A DNA stretch of 64,000 bases from assembly GCF_028641065.1 (NCBI RefSeq), contig NC_073400.1, positions 8,246,001-8,310,000 of the forward strand, in the 5' to 3' direction. The notes under the pieces were generated by a model. That model saw only the letters and a list, made by a program, of their open reading frames with translations, was not told the DNA's origin and did not search any database. Both the position numbers and the translations under genes were made by a program. How positions within the stretch are numbered: the stretch's first letter is position 1; every line of letters starts with the position of its first letter. The stretch comes from Leucoraja erinacea. Taxonomy: Eukaryota. This document shows positions 62,351 through 64,000 of the stretch, piece after piece.

Positions 62351-63585
62351 ACAAACTCCTGGAGGGACTCCGCATGCCAGGCAGCATTCGTGGACGCAAA
62401 AGATAGTTGATATTTTGGGTCGAGACCCTGCATCAGGACTGAGAGCATAAAATGGTGATAGCTAGTAGGGAGGTGAGGGAAAGGGGCCAGGCAGGAGTTA
62501 GCAAGTGTTAAGAGGGATAGGTGGGCAGATGGTGCCTGTGGGCGAGGGAGGGGGTGAGATAGCAACGGAGGCTGGGGCAAGGGACAACAAAGGGCTGCAT
62601 ATTGAGAAGAAGGGGAGCTGATGAGTGAAGCCAGGTTAGGGGGGGAATCTGGGCAGATGGGACTGTCAGAGGATGGGGTGGTGGACTGAATGGGTGGTGT
62701 GTGAAAGGGTAGGGGAATGACAATGGGGTAACGGGGCACTTTGGGGTGGTGTATAGAAAGAAGGGTTTATGTGAAAGGAGGTGTGTGGTGCGTCAAAGGC
62801 CCAACATAATTCGGGCAAACTATCCTTTCTCCTGTCTTCAAATAGTCTTCAAAATGGCCTCCACACCATTTGTTCGGCTGTACATTTACTTACAATGACT
62901 AGTGTGTAAGTCACTTCAAGTCTCTTCACACCAACACTTCCCAGTCTAACGCTGTTTAAACAGTACGTTGTCTTTCTGTTTTTCCAACCAAAGCGGATAA
63001 CTTTTATCCACATTGTGCTATGTTTTTGCCTATTCACCTATATTTAAATTACCTTGAAATTACCTTGAAGCCTCTCTACATATTCCTTACATTTCACAAT
63101 CCCATCTAATTTGGAGGCAACAGCAGGTTTTGAAATAATACCTGGTTCCCTCATCCACATTATTATTTTTCTGAATAGCTGACCCAGACACATTCTCTTA
63201 GTTACTGCTTGACACCACCCCTCCCCCATTAAAGAACCGCTTATTCCTGTTGTTTTCTTTCTCTCAAGCAATTTTCAATCTGAGCCAATCCCTCCAATGC
63301 TGCTTTCATTAATCTGCTTTTATGTTGGGCTTTCTAAAAATCTAAGTATACCATATACTCGTTTTCACTTAGCTATTCTATTAGTTACATCCTCAGTAGG
63401 TTTGTCAAACACAAACTCCCTTCCAGAAATCTATGTTGACTTTTTCTAATTCTGTTGATAATTGGGCATTTTATTCCTCCATTGCCTCATCATCCTACCT
63501 TATGAAGCTTCCCATTCCTTCATAGCTAACTTCATGGCTAACTTACCTTTCATGGCTATCTCATCCATCATGGCTAACTCTACCA

Positions 63586-63903
63586 GGCAGTCACCGTGGC
63601 GCAGCGGTAGAGTTGCTGCCTTACAATGAATGCAGTGCCGGAGACCCGGGTTCGATCCCGACTATGGGTGCTGACTGTATGGAGTTTGTACGTTCTCCCC
63701 GTTACCTGCGTGGGTTTTCTTTGAGATCCTCTGTTTCCTCCCACACTCCAAAGACGTACAGGTTTGCAGGTTAATTGGCTTGGTGTAAATGTAAAAATTG
63801 TCCCTAATGGGTGTAGGATAGTGTTAATGTGTGGGGATCGCTGGTTGACGCAGACCCAGTGCCTGAGCCTGTTTCCGCGCTGTTTCTCTAAACTAAACTA
63901 AAT
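63586..63903 (+). mobile_element. Full-length V-SINE (HE1-like)
   Basis: A box TGGCGCAGCGG, B box GGTTCGATCCC, V core, (CTAAA)n tail. Confidence 0.9.
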
Positions 63904-64000
63904 TCCTCATACCGTATTATTTTGCATTTATGCCTTTTGATTTAGCTCCTCTAGTTTTTGTTTGAACTGTACCTTTATCATCATGAAGAACTCTTATGTT

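Noticed and set aside
63586-63665. tRNA gene (also at 20055 and 61505)
   Set aside because: The A/B boxes continue into a SINE core and LINE tail, and there is no intact cloverleaf.

Overview
Repeat-dense vertebrate genomic DNA, not microbial. The HE1-type V-SINEs, HER1-type CR1 LINEs and abundant Penelope-derived fragments point to a cartilaginous fish, probably a skate or ray (inference). Only two host coding exons are recognisable, in divergent orientation and each in a CpG island: ILRUN/C6orf106 exon 1 (minus, 16866-17020) and BLTP3A/UHRF1BP1 exon 1 (plus, 41614-41657). Most of the rest is intron or intergenic DNA filled with decayed CR1, Rex1/Babar, L1, L2, HERO, Penelope-like, Tc1 and SINE copies, and nearly all ORFs in the track are TE remnants or noise. 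Best leads: (1) two copies of a ~163-bp TSD-flanked retroposon whose 5' end folds as a minimal CPEB3/HDV-like ribozyme; (2) about 20 Penelope-derived units with minimal hammerhead ribozyme motifs; (3) a non-autonomous Helitron carrying four TATA-ETS-Inr promoter-like cassettes upstream of candidate orphan exons; (4) no detectable SNRPC between ILRUN and BLTP3A. All calls were read by eye, and edges of old TE copies are approximate.
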